Counted from the stretch's first letter, positions 17,101-25,814 are shown. The stretch: DNA of 64,000 nucleotides from Candidatus Omnitrophota bacterium (GCA_035352955.1 DAOPYQ010000007.1:20164-84163), one strand, 5' to 3'. Program-made: numbers and translations. The notes: a model not told the origin generated them from the sequence alone.

Positions 17101-20100
17101 CAATCTCTCGAACCCGTTGCAGATCCTGAATCCCCGGGATTTCCAGGGCCAACTTATCTATAACCGCGATCAATTCGCCCCTTTCCATGGAGCTAAGCCT
17201 TGGCACCCCCCCAAGATCCACCCGCGCTTCGGAGCGGCCGGCTTGACCTATATTTCCGAGCAATTTTAAAATCTCAGGGCTTTTCACAAGCGCAGGCGGA
17301 TACTGGTTCTCTCCGATTTTTTCCGCTGGCAAGGAAGACAAAATATGGGATTGCCCGGTTCGCCCGATAAACAACTCCACCTCTTTATCCTGCACCCCTC
17401 TTTTAAACCGCCATTGTTCTCCACCCACAGCGATATCAAATTCCTTGTCTCCTGTTACAGCCCTTTTAGAAAAGTCATTGCTCAAGCGCTCAAAGAGCCT
17501 ATCAACAAGGGTAAGCGGTTTCTGTTTCATGCTCGGAATCCTTTCCGCTATTGTTATTGGCAAAATCCAATCGGTAGAAGGATTCGATATATTTTTATCT
17601 CCTTGTACTTTCTCAAAGCTCTGATGCTTTTTTCTGATTAAAATAAAATGATTAAATTCTCCATTGGAAGACCTATGAAAATAGAGCGTTCCCGCATCGG
17701 TCATGTTTCTACCCAACATTCGGCTTAGATCCTGAGTCTGAACCGCGGTTGAACTTTGGGCCGGCTTTAGCCCTTGAGGCTTCTCACCCAGAAGCATCCA
17801 TACATTACTCTTTTGAGGATCAAACATCTTGGTCTCCTGGGTGTGTCCTAACAATCCAATGGCCTTCTCAGAGATCATTTTTGAAACAACCTTTTGATCT
17901 CCCGACCATGACAACTCACTCGGCACGAGAACATGAACATGATAAAACCCGGACATAGTGCCAATTTCTTGATTTTGTTCATAACCGTTATCAACCGCAA
18001 AGGCTATCATTTTTTGAAGTGCATCAAGAAAGTGAGCTGGTATTTCTTCGGAAAAAAAATTGCGTTCATTATCTTTCATATACATGGCACGATAGGCATC
18101 CCAGGTTATCCATGCCGTCGCTGGCTGTTCCAAAGATTCAGCTCCAGATTCTTCGCGGTTTTCGGAACGGGTTTCGGGGCGTTTGTTCGCTGGAGTTCCA
18201 GAATCTGGCGCAGGAGAAACCTCCTCCCGAGTAAGTTGCCAACCATACCGTGCCGATTCCTTGCCATAATTCGACCTATCGATAAAAGCACCCTGCGGAG
18301 TTACCCTCATTCCGTCTATAATTTCGCCTTCCTCATTCAGCCTTCGATGAAACTGCGCGATAACGCCTGGAACTCTGGCCTGCACTCCTCTTTCCTCTTC
18401 CTCCGGACTACGTGAGTAAGAATCATCTCTATAATCAATTATGTACTCGATGTCCGACGCACGAAATCCTTTCCCCAACAACCTATTGTGGATGGCCTGT
18501 ACATGATCAGCAAGCGAACGGCCCTTGTCTTTCCAACGTATATAAATGTGGCCAAGCCCGTAATGAGCGGCGTAATTAGCAGAAGCGCGAATGTTGATGG
18601 CAACACCAGTGCAAGCAGAAAGATTGCGTGTCACCAAGCTAACGTTTGGATAAGTGTCAGAATCAAACACGGCCAGATCGCCCGTATTTATAAAAAAATC
18701 TTCACCTTCTTTTTCTATAGGCATAACACTATCGGTTGCATCGCCGTTCCAAACGAAAACGCCTCCTTCTCCATTTTTAACGTATTTAGCAGAGGATTGC
18801 ACTTTTTTACCCGTAACAGCATTCTTAATCATTTTCAAAGAGTTCATGAGCCAAGGCAGGAGTCTGATTTCTGTCCGCCCATCAGGTGCAAGTTGATTAG
18901 CTAAAGAAACTTCAGGGATAGTAATAGTTCTGATGAGCTGGAGGATGCTGGATTCGCTAAGGTTGCCTTCAGCCTGGAGTTGTTTGAGGCCTTCGCCGAA
19001 GCGGTCGATGTTGGCGAGCCATCGCTCTTTTAGATTTGAAGTTTGGAGCCGGGAGTTCGAAGAAAGCTCATCGATGAAATGGGTGTAGTTGCCGGCTTCA
19101 GTAACTCGTCCCTCAGAAGCAAGATCGCGGATGATTTGGTCACGCCATTCTTTTCCGACGATAGCGGAAGCATTTTTATCTCCAAGAAGCTTATCTCTTG
19201 CGGCTCTTACAAAAGCATCGTAAAGATTAACTTTACCGTTTTTGACTTCGAAATAATTGCTCCAGGAGACCTGCCCCTGCATGTGTTCGCGGTAAAGCGG
19301 CTCTTCGGGAATGGAACCGATTGAAGGCATAACGAGAACATAAGAGATCCCCTTTTCTTTCAACTCCCGTGTAAGCCCTTCGGTGTGGAAACCTCCGGCA
19401 ACGAGCAGAGAGCTCTCTTGTTTTGCTTTTTCCATCATAGACTGAATATTCTCGCGGAACACTTTATCGCGCTTCTCCGCAATACGATAAAAAGCTAGTT
19501 GCGGTTCCATCTTCTTGAGAAGCGCAGTGACTTCCTCCCAGCTGACAATCCGGTCCTGCGTTACGGTCCACTGATCCAGTTGAAGCATCATCTTCTGGAC
19601 CTTTCCCCAATCCTCAAAGCTGAGTTCGAGACGAGCGAGGCGTTTGATCAAATCGAGGCCTTTGCTTTTTTGATCGAGCACGCGCATTGCGTTGACGCGG
19701 TCGTTCTGCCCCGACTCTTGTTTTTCTTTGATGGACGGTAGTCGGGGCTGCCCCAATTTCTGCTCTGCTTCAATTGATGATGATAGGGACTGGAAAAGCG
19801 ATTCCTTGACCGAATCAGCGTAACGCTTAAAGTCCTCGAAAAGTCGCGTGCCTTCAATGTCTTTTAACCGTTTTTGATGCTCCGTTAAGTAAGCCAACTT
19901 GCGGGAGACCTTGACGCGAACCCCGTATTTTTTAGCCAGTCCCTTAAGATAGAGTGCAAAAGCCTGCGGAGTGACCTGCGCGATCCTAAATTCCTGATAT
20001 TTTTGGTTAAAAATGCGCAGGTCATCCCGAGCGGAGTCGAGGGATCTTTCTTTAAGAACGGCTTCGACTTTTTGAGCGATCTTTTTGATCTCGATCTCGA

Positions 20101-20950
20101 CAGGCGTATCCGTCATTTGGCCCTTGTCCCCATTGGACAAGGACGGCTTCGGCGAGAACTTGTTGTTCTCGTCCGAACCGCTCAGTTTTATTTCTTCAAG
20201 CAATACCGCGAGTTCGGAACCTTTGGGTGGCAGCTGATATTCAGCAAGTTTATTCAGAATCTGCACAAGGTCTGTTTTATTCTCGCCAAAATCCGCCAAC
20301 AGCCGATCGATCTCAAACATCTCTTTGGAATAGACGAATCCTTTTTCCTTGTTCAGAGCGGCCGCCATCGGATCAAGCAGTGCCTTGATCTCAGGTTCCA
20401 TCTTCATCGCCTGAAGATAATAGGAAACGCCTTCTTCATAGAGCGACCAATCCTCAATGCCCTGATAGGTGCCGGGGGATGCATTGAACAGTGCTGCCGC
20501 CGTGCCGCCGGTGAGTTCGCCCCTTCCTGCGTAAGCATCGAAGGTTTTGCGAAGCAGTTCCTTATCTGGGAAACTCTTGAATATCTGCGGGTCCAGTTTT
20601 TCGGATGCCCCTTCGAGGCCGACCAATGAAACTCCGTATTGGGTCTGGAAATGATCAATGGCGGACCGAATACTGTGCTGGGCATCGGGAATCGAGTGGG
20701 CATCCTGGATCAGCACCACAACCTCATCACCCGACCCGCGGTAGGTCTCTTGAATCTTCCCGATCTCTTTAGGTATTGCGATTGCCGTAAGATCATTCGT
20801 GAGCGATCGAAAACTTACAGCAGGTGTTGGACTAATTTCAGCACTCGCTTGCGGCAAGTAACCCGAAGTCACAAAAAACGCTGCGCACACGAATAGAGCT
20901 ATTCCTTTTCTCAGCATTGGCCTTGGTGACTTTTTGTAAATCTTTATCAT
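14129..20950 (-). CDS. Giant (2273 aa) secreted protein of unknown function; N-terminal signal peptide, no domain I can assign
   Basis: Uninterrupted 6.8-kb ORF. N-terminus MIKIYKKSPRPMLRKGIALFVCAAFFVTSGYLPQASA/EIS (SPase I type). Non-repetitive sequence with no catalytic motif I recognise. Coding region is visibly AT-richer than its flanks. Confidence 0.8.
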   Translation of the reverse strand: MIKIYKKSPRPMLRKGIALFVCAAFFVTSGYLPQASAEISPTPAVSFRSLTNDLTAIAIPKEIGKIQETYRGSGDEVVVLIQDAHSIPDAQHSIRSAIDHFQTQYGVSLVGLEGASEKLDPQIFKSFPDKELLRKTFDAYAGRGELTGGTAAALFNASPGTYQGIEDWSLYEEGVSYYLQAMKMEPEIKALLDPMAAALNKEKGFVYSKEMFEIDRLLADFGENKTDLVQILNKLAEYQLPPKGSELAVLLEEIKLSGSDENNKFSPKPSLSNGDKGQMTDTPVEIEIKKIAQKVEAVLKERSLDSARDDLRIFNQKYQEFRIAQVTPQAFALYLKGLAKKYGVRVKVSRKLAYLTEHQKRLKDIEGTRLFEDFKRYADSVKESLFQSLSSSIEAEQKLGQPRLPSIKEKQESGQNDRVNAMRVLDQKSKGLDLIKRLARLELSFEDWGKVQKMMLQLDQWTVTQDRIVSWEEVTALLKKMEPQLAFYRIAEKRDKVFRENIQSMMEKAKQESSLLVAGGFHTEGLTRELKEKGISYVLVMPSIGSIPEEPLYREHMQGQVSWSNYFEVKNGKVNLYDAFVRAARDKLLGDKNASAIVGKEWRDQIIRDLASEGRVTEAGNYTHFIDELSSNSRLQTSNLKERWLANIDRFGEGLKQLQAEGNLSESSILQLIRTITIPEVSLANQLAPDGRTEIRLLPWLMNSLKMIKNAVTGKKVQSSAKYVKNGEGGVFVWNGDATDSVMPIEKEGEDFFINTGDLAVFDSDTYPNVSLVTRNLSACTGVAINIRASANYAAHYGLGHIYIRWKDKGRSLADHVQAIHNRLLGKGFRASDIEYIIDYRDDSYSRSPEEEERGVQARVPGVIAQFHRRLNEEGEIIDGMRVTPQGAFIDRSNYGKESARYGWQLTREEVSPAPDSGTPANKRPETRSENREESGAESLEQPATAWITWDAYRAMYMKDNERNFFSEEIPAHFLDALQKMIAFAVDNGYEQNQEIGTMSGFYHVHVLVPSELSWSGDQKVVSKMISEKAIGLLGHTQETKMFDPQKSNVWMLLGEKPQGLKPAQSSTAVQTQDLSRMLGRNMTDAGTLYFHRSSNGEFNHFILIRKKHQSFEKVQGDKNISNPSTDWILPITIAERIPSMKQKPLTLVDRLFERLSNDFSKRAVTGDKEFDIAVGGEQWRFKRGVQDKEVELFIGRTGQSHILSSLPAEKIGENQYPPALVKSPEILKLLGNIGQAGRSEARVDLGGVPRLSSMERGELIAVIDKLALEIPGIQDLQRVREIEAFLNRARQYLDPELSPTVAFAENDSAFLEAGEGDPVQFFLRHYPDLEKIFTRHLARDDVNTAGRLVRWHDINLIDAKRRYFRILEPLLRSYGIPAVPGIRIAAVIRILAVLQDMQTVTANAWFSKDDRSLIDLLLKAGVPVPERGENERFYDYRDRLMKEVIERVMTDLGFTRRETDTALAISSYLNAPIELPWSQEENRYIRSSDDWGAEKIAQLSQNSGISASTCIKLAGLFSAAAKFVDGNGLWGGNFEKGAWFPSVNLEAEGFSKLAKLSNEDPFAGERDSSLQKISGVLDQVHQLKQKLLYQQEQDERGKPQPLIGPDGALRPEGMVLVHAAQGLVWDGKRIALYPNSYFEGEHPLESLPRNIVEFSLNGVIAMLNSADVIFMSPFSEASKQGFANLWHTATSHVGPFELPEGSWILIRRGKLAEIPEAMRQWLDQKKIQIAYFDENLGAQEAVERSILDHGFTPMTITNNITDPFNGTTWLDEVKGLDLMDKAHLAGTEAQLRTLASNMDIPWSARTNDYPLGKLIYEMELLIKSFNGSPGGGQNLYVMRGDRRKLDESLNAIPNAVAQRFSGEAWGRIRAYLKAIDLVFDFQNRLEDSLGDSIYKDLTKEGLERINPEIARRFIQFVNQYAGLDLKPEEFTEPADYKKIVTEVLNKKMPEFSSIVSRLPSEFIITRSEQRVTDETSTEVMGGWVAEALNPVSPQRFGPEEAQHIEYVVVRGELDALIRSAIQVVGMELAKRAVTQEVALAGGTRLTAVLDCVAKILKFGRVRAEGAMPVTSQITLALNFSKDQGPGLASFYEELFKVVLENGLQAEIFSDRDTGKVLAQKVSGAMREVFNLRPLSPKEIRGGIAVTASDGQSAIPMALDAGSAADANALNEMFQGLFFNAEGMNMDADTQFAIQALFAAILIKVAIIAKEKKGAGETIDLKAELIRALQETGYPVSEQAFKKDGRLITIMGNALLRDIEQAYLAQSETQKAA
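19706..19795. repeat. ~90-bp hairpin-containing repeat, in-frame copy inside the giant CDS
   Basis: Perfect 9-bp inverted repeat gccccgact (19708-19716) / agtcggggc (19740-19748), then ctgccccaatttctgctctgc.tcaattgatgatgatagggactggaa. It encodes ...EAEQKLGQPRLPSIKEKQESGQNDRV... of the giant protein. Confidence 0.6.
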
Positions 20951-21395
20951 CTGTAAGTTTCCTTGGTCATAGCACTTCTAATTAGAATATAACCTGTTAT
21001 TTATAAAAAAGGTCTATTTGCTATATAAAGATAGTATTTACTATTAATAGTATTCTGAAAACTCCATTTTCTTTGGGAAACTCAGCTCGACACTATTAAC
21101 TTGCTATATCTCCGTTTCTAAAACATGTATGTTTCAGGAGGCCGGACACGGCAGGAATGAACAATATTGGATAACAAATTGAGACGTTGAAAACGATGGG
21201 GACAGCGGAGTTGCTGTTTCGATAAAGAGAGGCTTTCGAGACCAAGCCGGCACCAGAAACCGAACCTTCCTAATTCGGCAATAGGCCTACAAAATTCAGG
21301 GATTGGTAAATGGAAAAGTGTTTTTACGGACTTTGAAATAGCTCGGAGCTATAGGAGGAGATGCTTTGACAGCCGTGCAGAAGAACTGGGGAACC

Positions 21396-21532
21396 AGGAT
21401 TTGGCGCCTCCGCTCGCCTCGTGCAACGAGGCAAGCTACGGTCGGCCACCCGCACTTACAAACATGACATTAATTCATGTTTGTGAACAAGTGCTCCCTT
21501 CAAATCCCGGGAACCCATCAATGTAAAGAAAC
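21396..21532. repeat. Second direct copy of the tRNA-Gln 3' 18-19 nt (att-like) plus the 119-bp arm element between it and the intact tRNA
   Basis: 21396-21414 ctggggaaccaggatttgg; 21415-21532 holds the imperfect palindrome cacttacaaacatgacattaattcatgtttgtgaacaagtg, similar to copy A. Confidence 0.7.
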
Positions 21533-21603
21533 CTGGGGAACCAGGATTTGAACCTAGACTAGGTGATCCAGAGTCACCTGTGCTACCGTTACACCATTCC
21601 CCA
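21533..21603 (-). tRNA. tRNA-Gln (anticodon CTG)
   Basis: Minus-strand TGGGGAATGGTGTAACGGTAGCACAGGTGACTCTGGATCACCTAGTCTAGGTTCAAATCCTGGTTCCCCAG. It has a 7-bp acceptor stem with U1-A72, G73 discriminator, anticodon loop CUCUGGA, and T-loop GGTTCAAATCC. CCA is not encoded. Confidence 0.8.
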
Positions 21604-21816
21604 ACGTATCAAGCAGAGCAAATTTAATTGCGGCAACGGGATCTTGAAGTCCCGCTTGCGGCGTCGCGCAGTCCCGGCTGACTTGTGACCGGGGCACTAT
21701 TCCCCAATAAATCAACGATTGAATTATAGCCGATAACCTCAAAAAGAGGAGGGATTATAGCGGGACTTTCTGTTTCGCGCAATGTCTGCCGCAGAACAAT
21801 CCCGAGACTCTCGGAA

Positions 21817-23508
21817 CTACTTCCGCTTCTGCTCGATCTTGCCCCAGGTATCACGAAGCGTGACGATCCGGTTGAAAACGGGTTTTCCAGGCTGCGAATC
21901 CTTCGGATCCGCGAAAAAATAACCCATCCTCTCAAACTGGACGCGCTCCCCCGTCTTGACGTTCCCGAGGGCCGGCTCCAGCTTCGCGTTCCTTAATACT
22001 TCCAGAGAATTCGGGTTCAGATTCACGAAGATATCCTTCCCCTCAGGAAAATCGCTCGGATCCTTGGCGAAGAAGAGATGATCATAAAGCCGGACCTCAG
22101 GCGACACGGCATGTTTCGCCGACACCCAATGGATCGTCCCTTTGACCTTGCGGCCATCCGGAGGATTGTTCCCTCCCCGCGTCGCGGGATCGTACGTGCA
22201 ATGAACTTCTTGCACCTCGCCGGTCGCCGGATCCTTGATCACCTTCTCGCATTTGATGAAATACGCGTACCGAAGGCGCACTTCCTGCCCCGGCGCGAGC
22301 CGGAAATATTTTGGCGGCGGTACTTCGCGGAAATCGTCCTGGTCGATATAGAGTTCGCGCGAGAACGGCACCTTCCGCGCTCCGGCCGCGGGATCCTCGG
22401 GATTATTCACAGCCTCGAGTTCTTCGGTCTGCCCCTCGGGATAATTGGTGATGACGACTTTCAGGGGCTTCAGAACCGCCATCATGCGCGGCGCGGTCTT
22501 GTTAAGCTCTTCGCGGATCGAATTTTCCATGACCACCATGTCGATCGTGCTGTTGAACTTCGCGACACCGATCTGATCGCAGAAATTCCGGATCGAGGAT
22601 GCCGTGTAACCCCGGCGGCGGTATCCGGAAATCGTCGGCATTCGCGGGTCGTCCCATCCCGAAACGATCTTCTGCTGGACCAGTTTCAAAAGGATGCGTT
22701 TGCTCAGGACCGTGTGCGTCAGGTTAAGCCGCGCGAATTCGATCTGCTGCGGCTGGTGGACCCCGAGCTCGATCAGGAACCAGTCGTAGAGCGGCCGGTT
22801 GTTCTCGAACTCGAGCGTGCAGAGCGAATGCGTGATTCCTTCGATCGAATCTGAAATACAGTGCGTGAAATCGTACATCGGATAGATGCACCATTTGTCG
22901 CCGGTCCGGTGATGCGACGCCTTCTTGATACGGTACATCGTGGGATCACGCATGTTGATATTGGGTGAGCTCATGTCGATCTTCGCGCGGAGCACGCGGG
23001 AGCCTTCGGCGAACTCGCCTTTACGCATCCGTTCAAAAAGATCCAGGTTCTCCTCAACCGTGCGGTTCCGGTACGGGCTCTCCCTCCCCGGCGCGTTCAG
23101 GACGCCGCGGTATTCGCGAACCTGGTCAGGAGAAAGATCACAGACGTAAGCCTTCCCCTTTTTGATAAGCGTGAGGGCGTGCTGGTAGATCGCGTCAAAA
23201 TAATCGGAGGCGTAATATTCGCGGTCGGCCCAGTCAAATCCGAGCCAATGGACGTCCTCGCGTATCGAATCGACGTATTCGACCTCCTCTTTTTCCGGGT
23301 TGGTATCATCGAGACGAAGATTGCAGAGCCCCTTGTAGTCGCGGGCGATCCCGAAACTGATGCAGATGGCCTTGGCGTGCCCGATATGGAGATAGCCGTT
23401 CGGCTCCGGCGGAAAGCGCGTATGCACGCGGCCGCCGTTCTTACCCTTGGCGATATCCTGATCGATGATATCGCGAATAAAATTAGACGGTGTTTTAGGG
23501 ATTTCCAT
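21817..23508 (-). CDS. glnS: Glutaminyl-tRNA synthetase
   Basis: [20 protein letters not shown] (HIGH) and VLSKR motifs; GlnRS-type C-terminal anticodon-binding region. Confidence 0.9.
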   Translation of the reverse strand: MEIPKTPSNFIRDIIDQDIAKGKNGGRVHTRFPPEPNGYLHIGHAKAICISFGIARDYKGLCNLRLDDTNPEKEEVEYVDSIREDVHWLGFDWADREYYASDYFDAIYQHALTLIKKGKAYVCDLSPDQVREYRGVLNAPGRESPYRNRTVEENLDLFERMRKGEFAEGSRVLRAKIDMSSPNINMRDPTMYRIKKASHHRTGDKWCIYPMYDFTHCISDSIEGITHSLCTLEFENNRPLYDWFLIELGVHQPQQIEFARLNLTHTVLSKRILLKLVQQKIVSGWDDPRMPTISGYRRRGYTASSIRNFCDQIGVAKFNSTIDMVVMENSIREELNKTAPRMMAVLKPLKVVITNYPEGQTEELEAVNNPEDPAAGARKVPFSRELYIDQDDFREVPPPKYFRLAPGQEVRLRYAYFIKCEKVIKDPATGEVQEVHCTYDPATRGGNNPPDGRKVKGTIHWVSAKHAVSPEVRLYDHLFFAKDPSDFPEGKDIFVNLNPNSLEVLRNAKLEPALGNVKTGERVQFERMGYFFADPKDSQPGKPVFNRIVTLRDTWGKIEQKRK

Positions 23509-23582
23509 GGAACGGGATTATATCAGATTGAAAAAAAGGGGGGACAGTCATTTTTCGGGAAAAAAAGACGCTCCCCGCAATT

Positions 23583-24071
23583 CTAGGACTGGCTCAGAAC
23601 CAGCGTTTTGCAAACCTTGTCATGCAGCGTCTGTTTTTTCGGGTCCTTTACGATCATCACGGCAGAAATGATCGTCAGGAGAGTGCCGATCATGAGGAAC
23701 CCGATACCGTAGAGTATCGAAAAAAGGTACCGCCCCAAAGCGACCGGGTAACCGACCGAACGGCCGTCCTCCCGGACCGTTTTAAGACCCACGGCCCTCT
23801 GCCCGAGCGTCATACCGTACCGACCCATGAGCCAAACGTTATAGATCCCCGGCAAAATGTAAAGGATCGCGGCGGCATACAATGTAAACGCAACCGGCCA
23901 CTGCGCCCGGTCCGAGGCAGGATCGATATTCATCGCACGCATGACCAAATAAATAATCCCCAGGAAAGGGATCCCTACGATCACGCCATCGAGCAAAGAA
24001 GAACAGAAACGCTGCCAAAGGCTCCCGAGCTTTTTGTAGTTATTATCCAAGGGAAGATTCGCTTCGTTCAT
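23583..24071 (-). CDS. RDD-family membrane protein
   Basis: Start at internal Met (MNEANLP) preceded by GGAGA; three TM segments with R...D..D spacing typical of RDD proteins. Confidence 0.55.
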   Translation of the reverse strand: MNEANLPLDNNYKKLGSLWQRFCSSLLDGVIVGIPFLGIIYLVMRAMNIDPASDRAQWPVAFTLYAAAILYILPGIYNVWLMGRYGMTLGQRAVGLKTVREDGRSVGYPVALGRYLFSILYGIGFLMIGTLLTIISAVMIVKDPKKQTLHDKVCKTLVLSQS

Positions 24072-24128
24072 CGGTTGGATCTCCTGTTGTATCTCAAAGG
24101 TTAGCCGTCCCAACAACCGGGACTGTTC

Positions 24129-25415
24129 TTATGAAAGAAAAGCGTTCAGGCGCCTGAGGCAGGCTTCTTTGCCGATAAGGCTCATCAATTCGAAAATTCC
24201 GGGACTCGCGGAACCGCCGGTCAGAACGAACCGGAGGGGGTGAATGATATCCTTCGGTTTCAGACCTGCGGCTTCGGCCACATGCTTGGTCTTTTGTTCG
24301 ACCAGCGCCACATCCTCAAAATCGCCGACCTCGGCCAAAAGATCGCGAAGCTGGCGAAGAAGCCCCATCGCAGCGACATTCCCCTTCACCTCGGCAAGCA
24401 GCGCGGCGTCCGTATATTCCGGATCCTTGAAACAGTAGACCGCCTGATCCATCAGCTGACTGAAGGTCTCAAGGCGCGGACGGTAGAGCGTGATGAGTTT
24501 GCGCCACTTGTCCTCGGGCGGCAGTTCCCCTTTCGCTTTCCAGAACTCCGTGATGCGTTTTTCGTAATCTTCCCCGCTGATCTGGCGAATATGCTGGCCG
24601 TTCAGCCACAGAAGTTTTTCGGGATTAAACTGCGCGTTCGATTTCACGACCCGTTTGAAAGAAAACTGTTTCACAAGCTCCGGCATTTTCAGGATCTCCT
24701 GGTTCGTGCCGGGATTCCAACCCAGGAGCGCGAGGTAGTTCAGAAGACCTTCCGGAAGATAACCGTTGTTACGGTACGCACTCACGGCGACCGCGCCGTG
24801 GCGTTTGGAAAGCGGCGTTCCGTCGGCGCCCATAATAAGCGGCAGGTGCGCATATTTCGGCGGCCTCCATCCGAGCGCCTGATGGATCAGGATGTGGCGC
24901 GGCGTGTTCGGCAAGTGGTCATCCCCGCGCACCACGTGCGTGATCCCCATATCGTGGTCGTCCACGATCACGGCAAGATGGAACGTCGGGAACCCGTCGG
25001 ATTTCATGATCACAAGGTCGTCGAATTCGTTCGAGTCGTACGTCACGTCCCCGTGCACCAGATCGGTAAACGTGACTTTGATCTTCGGCATCCTGAACGT
25101 GAGCGCGACCTTGTCTCCGTCCCGCTGCTCGTAGGCGAGGCCTTTGGCGATCAGTTCGTTCGCAACTTCACGATAGCGCTCAAGACGGCTACTTTGATGG
25201 ACAAGATCTTCATCCCAGTCGAGGCCGAGCCACCGGAGAGAATCGAGGATTTCCTGTTCGAATTCCGGCGTCGAACGCAACCGGTCGGTATCCTCGATGC
25301 GAAGAAGGAATTTGCCCCCCTGCTGGCGGGCATAAAGAAAATTAAAAAGCGCGGTGCGAACGCCTCCGATATGGAGGAATCCCGTCGGAGACGGGGCAAA
25401 ACGGACACGGATCAT
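24129..25415 (-). CDS. gltX: Glutamyl-tRNA synthetase
   Basis: MIRVRFAPSPTGFLHIGGVRTALFNFLYAR (HIGH) and PLSKRHG (KMSK). Confidence 0.9.
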   Translation of the reverse strand: MIRVRFAPSPTGFLHIGGVRTALFNFLYARQQGGKFLLRIEDTDRLRSTPEFEQEILDSLRWLGLDWDEDLVHQSSRLERYREVANELIAKGLAYEQRDGDKVALTFRMPKIKVTFTDLVHGDVTYDSNEFDDLVIMKSDGFPTFHLAVIVDDHDMGITHVVRGDDHLPNTPRHILIHQALGWRPPKYAHLPLIMGADGTPLSKRHGAVAVSAYRNNGYLPEGLLNYLALLGWNPGTNQEILKMPELVKQFSFKRVVKSNAQFNPEKLLWLNGQHIRQISGEDYEKRITEFWKAKGELPPEDKWRKLITLYRPRLETFSQLMDQAVYCFKDPEYTDAALLAEVKGNVAAMGLLRQLRDLLAEVGDFEDVALVEQKTKHVAEAAGLKPKDIIHPLRFVLTGGSASPGIFELMSLIGKEACLRRLNAFLS

Positions 25416-25436
25416 AAAATTACGGTACTCCCTGGA

Positions 25437-25814
25437 TCAAGAGTGATGGGGCTCGAGCCTTCTGACCGCTACAGTATGAATGAGGGTCTTCACGCGGTCA
25501 AGGTCCAGCGGTTTTTTTAAACAGGTCAACGCCCCGAGCGAGAGGATCTCTTTTTCTTTCGACGCGGAAACGAAACCCGTGATCACGGCCACCGGCACCC
25601 GGCTGAAATGGCGGATCCTTTCGAGAACCTTTTTTCCGTCCATGAACGGCATGGCAAAATCCACGAAAACAAGGCTGTAGTGATTATTCTGGACCTTGTG
25701 CAGCCCGTCTTTTCCGTTGAAGGCGCAATCGACCTCATAGCCTTCATGCTCCAGAGTTTCACGGAACTCCTCGCAGATCATTTTTTCGTCATCGACGATC
25801 AGCAATTTGACCAT
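25437..25814 (-). CDS. Stand-alone CheY-like response regulator receiver
   Basis: MVKLLIVDDEKMICEEF...SLVFVDFAMPFMDG...VPVAVITG. Confidence 0.8.
   Translation of the reverse strand: MVKLLIVDDEKMICEEFRETLEHEGYEVDCAFNGKDGLHKVQNNHYSLVFVDFAMPFMDGKKVLERIRHFSRVPVAVITGFVSASKEKEILSLGALTCLKKPLDLDRVKTLIHTVAVRRLEPHHS

Noticed and set aside
14129-20950. Considered whether the giant protein is a large clostridial-type glucosylating toxin, MARTX or RHS toxin
   Set aside because: It has a classical Sec signal peptide. It has no DxD glucosyltransferase, CPD, RTX nonapeptide or YD/RHS repeats that I can see. Left as unknown.
13320-21610. Looked for an integrase, excisionase, transposase or phage gene in the tRNA-Gln island
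   Set aside because: None present. No ORF of 60 aa or more other than the giant gene and its antisense shadows, so the island is called degenerate rather than an active element.
24240-25520. 426-aa plus-strand ORF
   Set aside because: Antisense to gltX (clear HIGH/KMSK motifs on the minus strand).
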